A DNA stretch of 64,000 bases, taken from contig OZ037841.1 of assembly GCA_964035575.1 (NCBI GenBank), forward strand, positions 1,426,001-1,490,000. Reading direction: 5' to 3'. This stretch comes from Rhynchopus sp. YZ270_cl-10. Taxonomy: Eukaryota. The position numbers and the translations under genes are program-made. Shown here piece by piece: positions 38,249 to 49,765 of the stretch. The notes under the pieces are model-generated. The model was not told the DNA's origin, ran no database searches, and worked only from the letters and a program-made list of their open reading frames with translations. Each line of letters begins with the position of its first letter. The first letter of the stretch is position 1.

Positions 38249-41200
38249 ATGTTGCGTGCTATTAAGAGCAACACTGAAGGATGTATACCTCCAGCACAGA
38301 TGTACGGGGCTCTCTGGGAGAGCATCGACTGCAATATGCTCGCCGGATTTGAACGTTTAGACCCACAGAAGACGGGGTTGAGGGCGGACGCTTTCATTGA
38401 CTTTGTTGCGGCAGGGCTGCTTCGTGTACCCACCTTTTCTACCAGCACGCTTCAAACTGCTGCCCTCTCTTGGCGCACCCCCTCTGGTGCTTTAGCCCTT
38501 CGTACGCAACTTAAAGACCTTCTATGCTTTGGCGAGGATCTTACCTGGGATTTTTTTGTATCTCATTTGGCTGATGTGCTTGCTGGAGATGAAGTCAAAT
38601 ATATGCAAAGGTTTCGGCATAAGGAGACGTTGAGGTTCAGTTTGACTTCGACCGGAAGCGATCTTTGTTGTAAAGTTTTTAGTAAACGGTCTTTGGAAGG
38701 GAGGGCGAAGGAGGTAATGCGGGTGGAAAGGGAGAATGCGATGGCGGTAGTGGAGAAGAAGCAGGTTGACACTGTGTCGTGCGATGCGAGGCATACGGAG
38801 CCGGTCTCCGCGGTGTATTACTTCCCGCATTTATTAGTAAAGCATGGCTGCATTCTTGCAGTCTCTAAATCAAATGTAGCGATTATAAGAGATGCCAGAG
38901 ATTATACAGAACTCATCCGGTTGCCTCCCACTACATTAGTCCCCATTGCCGTGGCGCATACCCCATGCGCAAATTTTCAACTCGCAGTGTCATATCCTGA
39001 TCTTTCCCTGCGGCTTTATTCCGTACACGAAAAGCGAGGTTGTCCTGGTAGGGTGCGGTACATCTTTCCGACTCCATCACCGTTGCATTGTTTGTTATAT
39101 TCTACGAAGCATGCAAGGTTGATTTCGGGATCGCGAGAAGGGGAGCTGTCATTGTGGAATATCAAGGATGTGTCAGTTCCGGTGGGGACGCATATTAAAG
39201 AGATTAGCGCAACGGATTTGATGTTGGCGCATGAGACTGTGGAGAAGAGGGAGCTGCAGGCGGATTATCTTCGCATAGCGTTGTTGATCCCGACCGAGCC
39301 GTTGAGCATTTTGACAAAAATTTTGTGCTCTCTATCACCGCTTTTGGGGTTAACGAATGGACAGAATATTTATTTGATTGAAGCGAGAGGTCGTGCTGCG
39401 CTCTATCTTGCAGCGCTTGCGCAAATAAAAGGAATGTCTCTCAGCGCCTTCGCCGACATCGTCAAAAGCTGTGTACGTCAAGAACGTCTCGAAGTTTCAG
39501 ACACCAACCGTGAAGGCCTAATGTGGTCGCAAGCCTTCCACACCGACACCATCACCGCCTTAGCGCTTAACCACAAACGCAATGTGATCACCTCCAGCAA
39601 AGACAGTACCATCTGCATCATTGACCTAGAACTCAAGACAAAACTCTATCAATTAACGGGACACCCGAAGGGGATCGTCAATATGGACATTACCTTGGAG
39701 CATATGCTGCTGATCTGTGCAGGGTATTGTACGTGCCCGTTGGTGTGGGATTTGAAAAACCCTTTTGACCGTCCGGTGCAGTTGGTGGATGGAACGAAAC
39801 CACATACGGGGCGGATCATGAGTGTGGCGTGCTGTGGGGATCTGCCGCAGTTGGTTTCGATTGACACTGCTGGGTTGATTAAGGTGTGGGACACGAGACG
39901 GCTTGGGCAGCTCCGTGTTGCAGCCTTGCAGAATATAGACACGACACTGCAGCTTCCGATCTCAGACAGGTCGTCGCACACCATTTGCGGGATGATCTAC
40001 ATCAAGCTGTTGAATATGGTGTACATAGCCGGGCGGAATGTATGCTTTTATGAGGCAGAGAAGCACACCAACGCCTACACCGCCGCAGATGTATCAGAAG
40101 GGGGAATAACATTTGCCTCGTATTGCGCATACTTCGACGTTTTTATCACAATTTCTGCCCGAAAAGTTTCGGTGTGGGATACCAAAACCGGCATCGTCAG
40201 TTCCGTCCTCACCGTAGGAGAGGATCCGGAAGATAGTGTGACCTGTGCCTGCTTCTTCCCCGATTCTCCGTTTGGTGTGTTGGGGACCTCGCTTGGGAAG
40301 TTGTCTTTGATTCGCACTGCGTCAGGGGAGGATGCTCGGAGTGTGGACCTGCATCATGGACATGTGGTCGTGGCGGCAGTGGGGTGCAAGCGGAAGAAGG
40401 TGTCGTACATCTTGACGGTGGACCGGTCGGGGTTGATTGTGGTGTCCTCAAAAGGTCTGCGTCCATTGTACACTCATAGGCTGCCTGGTGTGAAGCCCAC
40501 CTGTGCAACGAACTGTCCCACAACAGGGTTTGTTGCGATAGGAACTGATACAGGTGCAGTGTTCCTGGTAGATCCAGACACCCTGCAGGCAAGAGGCGTG
40601 GTCGCACGCTTTCAGGTCAAAGGAGAGCTCTGTGCAGTGTCAGGGATGAGCCAATACCCTTGTCTGGTGAGTTCGGATTCGAGTGGTGATATGACAATGA
40701 CACTGCTCAAGGCGCAGAGTACCTATTGTTTGGCGCAGTGGACGCTTCCAACGAAGGTGAGGGCAACAGAGGAAGCGTCCGCGCCGGCGCATTTTGTGAA
40801 AAGTATTGCGTCCAGCACCGTGACGACAGCCTTTGTGTGCATCAACGACCTGGTGTTTGCCGGGGACCAGGCAGGGTGTTTGACGCTGTGGGACACCTCT
40901 GGGGTGTTCGCTGAGTACGGCATCACACCGGTTGCGACGACCAACGCATTTCGCCGTGCTGCCTTAGCAGAAGTCGATGTCGCACCTTCATGCCAGGTCT
41001 TTGTGTCTCCAGTGGAGGTCTGGACACGCTCAATCACGGACTCAGAGATTATTTCTTTGACTCAAGTAGAAGAATCCTGCAAGCTCCTTGCCGCATGCGG
41101 GGACGGACGCGTATTTATTGTTAGCGCTTTAGATGGCCACCCGATCACCGCACTTTGCCAGGGGAGAGGCTCGCAGACGTTACGTGGCAGTGAGTGCTAC

Positions 41201-42412
41201 ACTACCTATGCACCGTACTCGAGGGATGAGGTGCGGTTTGGGGATGCCATTTCGCGGAGCAATGATCAGGGTGATGGGTCTGACGACTCTGACAGCGGCA
41301 AGCATGAGGACCGCGGTGCGGAGGACACACTGCACAACGTGGCTGGTCTCTTTGCGATGTTTCCGAAGAAGTCGAATCTTCCGGAGCATAGCCTTGCTCC
41401 GTCTGCCTCGGATGAAGAGTCTTCTGCGTCTTCTGAGGCAACAAAGATCGGCATCAAGAAGCGTCTGCCCCCGAAGGCACGTCTACGCAACCAGGTTCAT
41501 GGGCCTCTCGTCGCAGAGCAGAGTGTGCAGAGGGCACCGCCAGGGGGTGCCACGCCGTACACCCCGGTGATGCACAGCCCGATCAGCTTTCTGGAGGATC
41601 GTGGGGAAGGGGGGTGTGTGGGGGGTGAGGATGCAGGTCGTGTGCGTAGTGTGCCTAGCCGTACCCCTGCCATGGTCTCCCTCAGAACTGACCCAGATGA
41701 GACGCGGCTAGGCGCAGCGCGCAATAAATGCGAGACGCGTCCAGTGCACGTCGTCTTAGAAGCGACGCAGGTAGGGCACCTCACAGCGAATGCGGTTGAG
41801 TGCTCCACAAGGGTGCCAACACGGAAGGAGCATAAAAGGGTATGCATTTGGTGGGAAAACACCCAATACTGTGAGAACAGATAGACCTTTTTTTCCAGCC
41901 ATGATAGAGTATAAAGAATCTCCCTGTTGTTCAGGTATGCATTATATAATGTTTTCCCTCTTCCACAGGCGCAAACCGCCCGTCCACGCATGCGTGTTGA
42001 AACACCCCATGATGGGTCGCCGTTCAGTGGGACTGACTTTGCTCCGTGCAGGCGTCTTGAGGTGATCCCAAGCACCGTGCGTGCGGTGTCTGCACGGTCC
42101 GCGACGCGTGCAAGCTCGCGTGTGTCGATGGGGTCGTGTGCAGGGTCCACCACACCGGCGTGCACAGCTGCCTCGCACCGCGACTTAGGAATGTCCCCCT
42201 GTCCACCATCGCCGTCGCCGTCGCCACAGCTGCAGCGCAACAGCAGCCTGGCAGACCCCACAGAGCCACCAAAGTGCATGACCCCCGTCGCCATACCGCG
42301 CCCGCCCTCTGCTAATAACCACAAAGCAGTGCCCACCCGGCGTGCACACTCCCGTGACGGCGTCAAATGGGGAAGGGCGGCACCACGCGACCATCTTCGT
42401 CCAAAGCATTGA
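38249..42412 (+). CDS. Large WD40-repeat protein (divergent WDR49/WDR64-like); join(38249..41839,41969..42412), ~1344 aa
   Basis: WD repeats (ISGSREGELSLWN, TSSKDSTICIID, GHPKGI, VSIDTAGLIKVWDTR, FAGDQAGCLTLWD). A phase-0 intron GTATGC...TCCACAG links the main ORF to a Ser/Pro-rich last exon. Confidence 0.8.
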
Positions 42413-43025
42413 TTTTTATAGACAAAATGGATGACCAAAAAAGGTCAAGGGGTCAAGTGCGCAAAAGAAGTCCCGTAACTCTGACTGATTCTCAGCAGAC
42501 ATCCCGTGCCTTTGCAATACAAGCAAATGGGGTGACGATATCATCCCGAACAGCCGTCGTCGTGATGAAAAAGACTGCCCATCTTTTTTATATGTAACGA
42601 TAAGTGATATAGATGTTGTGTGCACGAGAGGCACATTCATCTTATAAGTATTCTTTTTTGAGGTGACTAAGCACGAGAGGCTTAGGGTCATCTTATGAAC
42701 TTTTCTTTTTTTTCTCTCTTCATTGAAGCATTTACACGGGCAAGATGGGAGGGAGGAACACCCTTTGACAGTGCCTGACTTCCGGAAAGCACCATCATGC
42801 GGCCCTACTTTTTTTTTTGTGATGTAACAGCGAAAATATAGAAGTTCATGAAAAAGGTCCATTTTTTTCTCCTATTCTGTAGTGTCTGAAACCCATCAGA
42901 TAAAGCCCCCTTTATTAAGAAACCTGAACTGTTATTTCAGAATTGGACGATTTGATTTTGCGCGCTGAAACTTCCCGACACCACATCATACACAGGGCAC
43001 TCCCCACAAAACTCAAAAAGCAGAA

Positions 43026-44738
43026 ATGAAAACCCAGTTTGTGTGTGCGCTGCTTCTTGCAGTGGCTCAGCCTGCGACAGGTGACGTGTGGATGAACGGC
43101 TTGTTCCAGAGTCACATGGTGCTGCAGCAGGTCGATACGAAGTTTGGGATCCCTGCACCTTACCTGTACGGAACCGCCAACCTCGGGGATTACGTGACTG
43201 TGACCGGGAGCTCTGGGTTCCCTGGTCCGTTCCAGTTGACGCCTGCATCGACGAACGGGTCGACCACCATCGGGAACTGGTCTGTGGCGATCCCGACGCC
43301 TGCAGTGAATGGTCCGTACACAATCACCGTGTCCGCGTACAAGGCAAAAGGCGGGCCGCTGCTGAACAGCATTGTGATGGAGGACGTGCACTTCGGTGAT
43401 GTGTTTGTGTGCAGCGGGCAGTCGAACATGGTGCTGACTGTGGGGAAGACAGACAACGATGCAGAGGAGCAGAAGCTGGCAGACTCCTTGCCGAACATCC
43501 GCATCTTCGACACTGCACACTCAGAGTTCGACTACCCTGTCATGAACATCAGCTCGGGTGGTGCGATTAACGGTGCCGACGCAGGACCCGTGAACTGGAC
43601 CGTTGCTGGGAACGCCACAATCGGACGGTTCTCGTCTGTGTGCTGGACTGCAGGTAGGATGCTGGCACAGTGGCTGGCCGAGGAGCGTGACGCGACCCCC
43701 TACATCGGGCTGATCCAGTCGACCATTGGGGGGACAAGTGTGCACTTCTGGGCACCTGGGGGTGTTGGTGCGGAGTGCAACAAAACCGGTGGGCTGCCTG
43801 CAACAGGGGAGGCGTCGCAACACGTAGCGGGGTGGCTGTGGAACGGGATGGTGAACCCGATTGCAAACGGTGGGAAGGGGCTTTCCATCCGTGGTGCTGC
43901 CTACTACCAGGGGGAGGCGGACAGCGGGGAGAACGACCAGTACACCCGCAGTGCCTACGCGTGCGAGCTGACGGGGCTGATGAACAGTTGGCGTGCCGCT
44001 TGGGCGAGGGCAAGCACCCCCTTCCCGTTCATCATTGTGCAGCTCCCTGGTGGTGGGGGTGTGTCGACAGGGGAGAAGGGATGGGGAGCGGTGCAGGCTG
44101 CACAGGCAGATGCAGTGAGGGATGTGACGAACGCAGGTCTGGTGATGTGCCCTGACCAGGGGTACGGCGGACTGCACTTCCCGCACAAGATCGAAATCTC
44201 GACGCGTCTGTACAACGAGTGGCGGAGCAAGGCGTACGGCGACAGCACAGCGAAGGTGGACAACCCGTCACCTGTGTCTGCAAAGCGTGTGTCTGACACG
44301 GAGTTCACTCTGAAGCTTGCGAACGCAGACGGGCTTGTTCTCCGTGAGTCCTACATGTGCAACATGACGCACACAGCTGTGCAGTACGGGAACGGGAGCC
44401 AGATCAACGCCACATGCTGTGACCACAACCTTGTGAACGAGGTGCTCGTGCACCTTGAGGGCTACGCTACAGTCGACCATCAGGGTCACTGGTTGAACCA
44501 GTCGTGGTCGGACTACGGCGCTGTCCCCACAGCAGCCATTGTTGACGCCTCGCGCTCACAGCTGAACGTGACGGCCCTTGTGCCTGGGCCTGGGATGATG
44601 TTCGGCAGGAACAAGATTATGTCTGTTGTGAACGCGACTGTGCAGTACATCGATGTTGTTGCCGGCACAGGGTGCCAGGTTGCGAACGGGGACGGTCTGG
44701 TCATGGGACGCTTTGGCGAGATGAACATTACTGCGTAG
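43026..44738 (+). CDS. Secreted sialate O-acetylesterase-like SGNH hydrolase (SASA domain), 570 aa
   Basis: Signal peptide; LFQSHMVLQQ; DVHFGDVFVCSGQSNM; FSSVCW..G; IGLIQSTIGGT; LWNGMVNPI; YYQGEAD; PFIIVQL; His motif GLHFPHK. Confidence 0.85.
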   Translation: MKTQFVCALLLAVAQPATGDVWMNGLFQSHMVLQQVDTKFGIPAPYLYGTANLGDYVTVTGSSGFPGPFQLTPASTNGSTTIGNWSVAIPTPAVNGPYTITVSAYKAKGGPLLNSIVMEDVHFGDVFVCSGQSNMVLTVGKTDNDAEEQKLADSLPNIRIFDTAHSEFDYPVMNISSGGAINGADAGPVNWTVAGNATIGRFSSVCWTAGRMLAQWLAEERDATPYIGLIQSTIGGTSVHFWAPGGVGAECNKTGGLPATGEASQHVAGWLWNGMVNPIANGGKGLSIRGAAYYQGEADSGENDQYTRSAYACELTGLMNSWRAAWARASTPFPFIIVQLPGGGGVSTGEKGWGAVQAAQADAVRDVTNAGLVMCPDQGYGGLHFPHKIEISTRLYNEWRSKAYGDSTAKVDNPSPVSAKRVSDTEFTLKLANADGLVLRESYMCNMTHTAVQYGNGSQINATCCDHNLVNEVLVHLEGYATVDHQGHWLNQSWSDYGAVPTAAIVDASRSQLNVTALVPGPGMMFGRNKIMSVVNATVQYIDVVAGTGCQVANGDGLVMGRFGEMNITA

Positions 44739-45698
44739 GTTGCGTGTGCAAGCTAACAGCACTAATTCATGTGGTGGCACTTTGCACATACACCCTACAC
44801 CCTACCCCGGAAGACAACCAAATACGAACACTTGTTCTCCCTTCCACCCTGCTAATGTTTGATAGTCTGAGCTTTATTTTAGGTGACTAAGGACAAGAGG
44901 CTTAGGTCCATCTTATAAACCTTTCTTTATTTTTTCCAGCGATATTTGCTCTCCGTAGTTCACAGGTGAATGTTTTTGGTGTTCAAAAACATCACACAGC
45001 CTGTGCATTACACACCAACGTTGTCGCAATTTTTTTTTGTGCTTTGCATTATTTGTCCTTTTCTGCAACATTATGTTCTCGTTTGTGCCTTTTTGTTTCT
45101 GTGTTGCCTCTTGCAGGCAACCTCTCCCCTCTTTTGTTTGATTAAATTTTTCATGAACCCCACCATACAACCCCACTTCCCATACCCCAGCTTTTCCACT
45201 ACGAACACTATTCCGCATTCACAAGATGCTTCTTCTCACACCTCCTTTGCACTACCCTACGTCGCATCTGAGAAAGGCTTTTATTTCTGGGATATGAAGT
45301 ATTTTCCTATCATGAAACGGTCGGCAATCTCGAGCACAATTTTGTGTCCCGGGATTCTCCAGTCGTGCTCTTCTAGCATCTGCTTGTTGCGTCCCTCACC
45401 GAACTCTTCATGCAAAGTGGGGGGGGAAGAGAAACCGATACGGGAGATTCGCAACTTGCGAAGAGTACTTATGTCGTTTAGGGCCCCTTCTCGTCTTCGC
45501 GCTTCCTGTTCTCACTCTCGTCCTTCCTCTGCTGATTAGCCTGCGTGTTGAACTGGTCAATCAATCTGCGATTGACCGGCTGTTGCCGCACAGATTCTTC
45601 TCCCTCGCAATGTACATCATACTTCCGCCGTTCCCTCTCCACACATTCAACCATAAACAGCAATACACTAACCCCCTCTACCATACCCCCTCTTCTCT

Positions 45699-47126
45699 AT
45701 GGCGGTATCACGGACAAACTCACGCCAGTCTGTGTCGACTGTACCGGATGCCGCTTTGTATAGGGTATCCGTGGCGCCTGTTTCGCCTGCAGCAAGCATG
45801 GCGAGTGTTGCGCCTGTTGTGCGGAGGCAGGCAGATGTAGACTATTCAGCGGGGAGCGTGCCTAAGGCGGAGACACTGCCGCCTGATATGAGTGGGGTGA
45901 GGAGTATGGCTGCGGCCGCTGTTTCGATGGATTCTTGCGGACGGTACGCAGAGGCTGCGGAGCTCTATTCTGAAGCAGGCGAAAAGCTGCTGCAACAGTC
46001 GCAGCGCATGGCCTCTGGTGCGCAGGAGACGCGGTCTGCGGCGCTGCAGGTGGCAGATCAATACCTCATGCGTGCCGGGGTGTTGCGGGCACATCTTGAC
46101 GTGCTGCGGAAGGAGAAGCGCGATGCGTCGCTTAGACACCGTAACATAGCGCCGTCGCCTGCAGGGGATTATTGGCACCCCGACATGGACGAAGCAGAGG
46201 ACGTTGCTAGTGAAGGTGGCATGTCTGATGGAGAGATCCGCACTGCAAAGAAACGGAAGCTGTCTTTCAGGTCTGCGGCACGTCTCGTTCGTCGTCTCAT
46301 ATCGGTGCCCTTCCCCGGGATGAAACGCGCCTTTTCATCTGAAAATTTCGGCACAAAAGTTGTCCAAACACATTGCAACATAACAAAGCGCAAATTCCTC
46401 TCCAAAGATGAGCTCACCCCCGCTGCCGCCACCGCCTTGGTTCCACTCTACAAAATGGGCTCCCCCCACGTTCTCTGGGCCTGCGCTTGTCTCAAACGAT
46501 CCGTCTATCATCGAAAATTTGCGAAAACGAAGGTAGACCGACGCACCGCGGTTCTTTCACCGCAGGCGTTTTATATGGGCGCAAAGGAGGAGCTGGTGAG
46601 GTGCGTGCCGATTCATGAGATAACGCAGGTCATCATCTCGCCGGACTCATGGGTGGCGATGATTGCGCCGAAGCAGTATGACATTCTGTTTCAGCCGCAG
46701 GAGCAGGCGTTGGCGACAATCAGCCAATTTGTTGAAGTTGTGCTAGAGCTTTCAGAGTACTACAGCAAGCTGTACAACGGACCTAAGGTGCAGGTACGGC
46801 GTATTACTGCAGACATTGACCCAAACCGCTTAGAGCTGTGTGCCCCTGCACAGTACGACGTGCCCGCCTTTGTTCCCTTGAAGGTAGACATTGTGGAGAG
46901 CAAGGAGAAGCCCGCTAACACAACGACAGCGTCAGCAGCACCGTCACGCGACACTGCGCGGGACACTGCACGCCGTGACAGCCTACGTGACGTAACACAC
47001 AGCACCAGTGGAGGTGAAAAGGATCTGGGCGTCTTCAAATCGCAGCCCACCACACCGTCCAGTGCAGGTGGCTCGCCTGCTTCTGTTGGTAAGAAGCGGA
47101 GTGGTACTGTGTTTGGCCTGTTATAG
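45699..47126 (+). CDS. MIT-domain protein with a C-terminal PH-like (myosin-I TH1-like) domain, 475 aa
   Basis: AVSMDSCGRYAEAAELYSEA...QYLMRAGVL fits the MIT pattern. DRRTAVLSPQAFYM...LVRCVPIHEITQV...YDILF resembles a TH1/PH fold (by recall). Confidence 0.65.
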   Translation: MAVSRTNSRQSVSTVPDAALYRVSVAPVSPAASMASVAPVVRRQADVDYSAGSVPKAETLPPDMSGVRSMAAAAVSMDSCGRYAEAAELYSEAGEKLLQQSQRMASGAQETRSAALQVADQYLMRAGVLRAHLDVLRKEKRDASLRHRNIAPSPAGDYWHPDMDEAEDVASEGGMSDGEIRTAKKRKLSFRSAARLVRRLISVPFPGMKRAFSSENFGTKVVQTHCNITKRKFLSKDELTPAAATALVPLYKMGSPHVLWACACLKRSVYHRKFAKTKVDRRTAVLSPQAFYMGAKEELVRCVPIHEITQVIISPDSWVAMIAPKQYDILFQPQEQALATISQFVEVVLELSEYYSKLYNGPKVQVRRITADIDPNRLELCAPAQYDVPAFVPLKVDIVESKEKPANTTTASAAPSRDTARDTARRDSLRDVTHSTSGGEKDLGVFKSQPTTPSSAGGSPASVGKKRSGTVFGLL

Positions 47127-47509
47127 GTGTACCCTTGGGAGGTGTAGACAGGTCTGGTGAATAAGGCGTTCTTTTGACTTTGGGCCGTGATGTTTGATGT
47201 TTTCGCTCTGCAAGATAGTTTATCAGTAGGGTACACAGATTATAGTGTAGTTGGCGGAAGAGTGTGAGCCTCGCGTTCATAAATCGGGTGATAGTCAGAG
47301 ACGTGATGTGCGAGCCCATGTTTTCAAGTTTTATTTCCCTCTCGTTGTCCTGTTTCTAACATTTTTTTATATCTCATTGCACCATATTCCCCGTTGTACT
47401 GTTTTTCTCCCTTCTCAAAAGGTGTTACCAACGCTTTTTTCTTTCTCACAATTTACCAAAAGATTTGCCCCCCCGCTCTCACACCCATATTCTTTTTCTA
47501 GCGGGAGTA

Positions 47510-48062
47510 GCATCCCTTCCTACGAGCCCATGCTCTCATATAGGACCACTTCCACCACCTGCATCGCCTGCATCTTCATCTCTGAATCCCACTGCGTAAT
47601 TAAGAGCTCTTACACTCAATGCAAAAGGTTGAACTTGAGGCTGGTTTTGTTGAAGCTGGTTCTTACTCTAAACATGAACTGGGATAAGCCCAGTCACGTG
47701 CCCGTCTTCGTATTGCCATTTGTCCCGCAGACGTAGTCTCCTTATCCGCTTGTACTTTTGACCCTGCTGGTGCACGAGATCAATTCTTGTGGTGGCTTCT
47801 TAGTGACCACAACACTCTTCGTCGTCCCAACGCTCGCTGCCAAGGGGATGTCTCCTTCCAGCTCGCGTCTCTCCCCCTCAGGTGAGTCTACATCATACCT
47901 TGCGTCGTATGACACCGTCAAGGTCTGCCAACCTTCGTTGTAGCTTGTCACCGTCCCCTCCGACACCTGCTCTTCCAAGGAATCCTTCGGAAGCCACGTG
48001 TGCTTGACTATGCTACCAATCGGGTACCTCGTCAGATTCTTGTTTGACCTGTCGAAAGACAT
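47510..48062 (-). pseudogene. Decayed antisense coding fragment (Tudor/SH3-like segment), possibly a retroelement remnant
   Basis: MSFDRSNKNLTRYPIGSIVKHTW...EGTVTSYN...LTVSYD. The same frame continues in coding-like sequence past several stops. It is the clearest coding-like stretch opposite the gene cluster. Confidence 0.3.
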
Positions 48063-48457
48063 GTTGTGTACATATTGTCTGTTGTGATCGTGTGGGTTAC
48101 GGCGGACTTCATTTCTGAAGGAAAAAAATGAAAAATATAGAATACGACAGACTTCATTTTTCAAAGAGGAGTAGCGAAACCTATAGGTCATTAAGGACTA
48201 CCCCAATGAGTCTCATCAAAAAAAAAAAATCAAAAAAATCAACTCCCACCCCACCACAGGGCCTCCCTTAAATTGGAAGACCCCCTCCCCTTCCCCTCCC
48301 CTTCCCCTCCTTTCCCCCTCTCTTTTGGGTCTTTACACTTTTAGATATATTGTTGGGTGCAAAAGCCTCCCTTTCCCCCCCTTTTAGGTGACATAAGCAT
48401 AGGCTTAGGTCTTCTAAAAAAAACCCCTTTTTTTCTTCCAAATCTCATCCAAATCAA

Positions 48458-49765
48458 ATGAACTCGATGGAACAGCCTTACCGGGGAAGGCTTCTGACAC
48501 ATACTTCTTTGTTGGCGGTGTTTACTATGAGAAGGATTGGGTTGAACGCAGATTTGGCACATGAGGTTGGGGTATGGTGTGAAACATGGGCACATTGGGA
48601 TAAGGATGCAAGCTGCACCGCATTGCACACCGACCCGAGGAAGAACAATATTGTTCGGGTAAGCCCTACAACGTTACCTCATTTGTATGCACCGTATGGG
48701 ATGAGTCTGAACACACCTCAAGCTCCTCGGCGTGCAACCATCGCGATAAACATCGAAAAAGCTGCGAATGACCGTCGTCGCGGCCGCACCGCGACACAAA
48801 ACACTTCTCTTGACACCGGAGTCTACAAAATCGGGGTAATCTTCCGCCGTCCACCCTCCCCTGTACCATACATCGACCCGCAACACTATCCATACGAAAT
48901 GGACGGCGCGGTCTTCCTCAATGAAAGCGGTTATGTCCAAGGGGTACGGTGCTGTCCTAACGGAGTTCCAAACCCTGCGACGGTCGTAATGGAGGTGGAT
49001 GCGGAGGAGGAGAGTGTTACGTTTCATATTGCAGGGGTGGCGAATGCTATTAAGGCCAAGGCTACGCCGAGACCGAAAATTTCTGAAAAAGGAGAAGAAG
49101 AAAAGGAAGAGATTCCTCCTACGCTGTCTTCCTGCATGGTGTATCTTAACAGAGCGGGGGATACGGCAACATTGCTTCACCCAACCAGTGATGCCCTAGA
49201 TTTTTATTATAACCGCAAAACCGGGGCCGTTCCGTTCGAAACAAAGATAGCAATACAGGAATGTGAAGAGGAGGAGGCAATACCTAGACCCTTCCCCTTA
49301 TTGGTGTCGGTGGGGAGGGTGATGGGATTGGGCTGTGAGGAGGAAGGGGGGATGGTGGGAGGGGTGAGACCGCCGTCGTTGATTCAAGCGGGGATGATGC
49401 AGGTGGATTCGTTGAGGGTGCGTGCGGCTGCCGCAGCGTCGCAGCAAACAGCGAAGGTAGCTGCAGCGGCAGCGGCTGTTCCGGTACCCTCCCCCATCAC
49501 TACCTGGACCTCCCGATCCAAGAAAGGCAAAGAAAAAGCGAAAATCCCTGGACGTCCAATTCCAAAAGGCTTTCGAAACGATGGCTTCGCGTTCCTCACC
49601 TTGCTCGCCTTCTGCTACCTGCTGCACAAACAGATGGAGGAGCTTCAGGCGTTTGAGTCATTTGATATGGGGCGTGCCTCCAATTCATTTAGTCTCTCGT
49701 TCTCTACATATGCATCAACAGCGAGGGCGGAGTTGAACGCAATGTGGGGTGGGTTGGATTTATAA
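48458..49765 (+). CDS. Hypothetical protein, 435 aa, with possible C-terminal TM segment
   Basis: Long ATG-initiated ORF in the cluster orientation with coding-like composition; hydrophobic FAFLTLLAFCYLL near the end. No domain confidently recognised. Confidence 0.65.
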   Translation: MNSMEQPYRGRLLTHTSLLAVFTMRRIGLNADLAHEVGVWCETWAHWDKDASCTALHTDPRKNNIVRVSPTTLPHLYAPYGMSLNTPQAPRRATIAINIEKAANDRRRGRTATQNTSLDTGVYKIGVIFRRPPSPVPYIDPQHYPYEMDGAVFLNESGYVQGVRCCPNGVPNPATVVMEVDAEEESVTFHIAGVANAIKAKATPRPKISEKGEEEKEEIPPTLSSCMVYLNRAGDTATLLHPTSDALDFYYNRKTGAVPFETKIAIQECEEEEAIPRPFPLLVSVGRVMGLGCEEEGGMVGGVRPPSLIQAGMMQVDSLRVRAAAAASQQTAKVAAAAAAVPVPSPITTWTSRSKKGKEKAKIPGRPIPKGFRNDGFAFLTLLAFCYLLHKQMEELQAFESFDMGRASNSFSLSFSTYASTARAELNAMWGGLDL

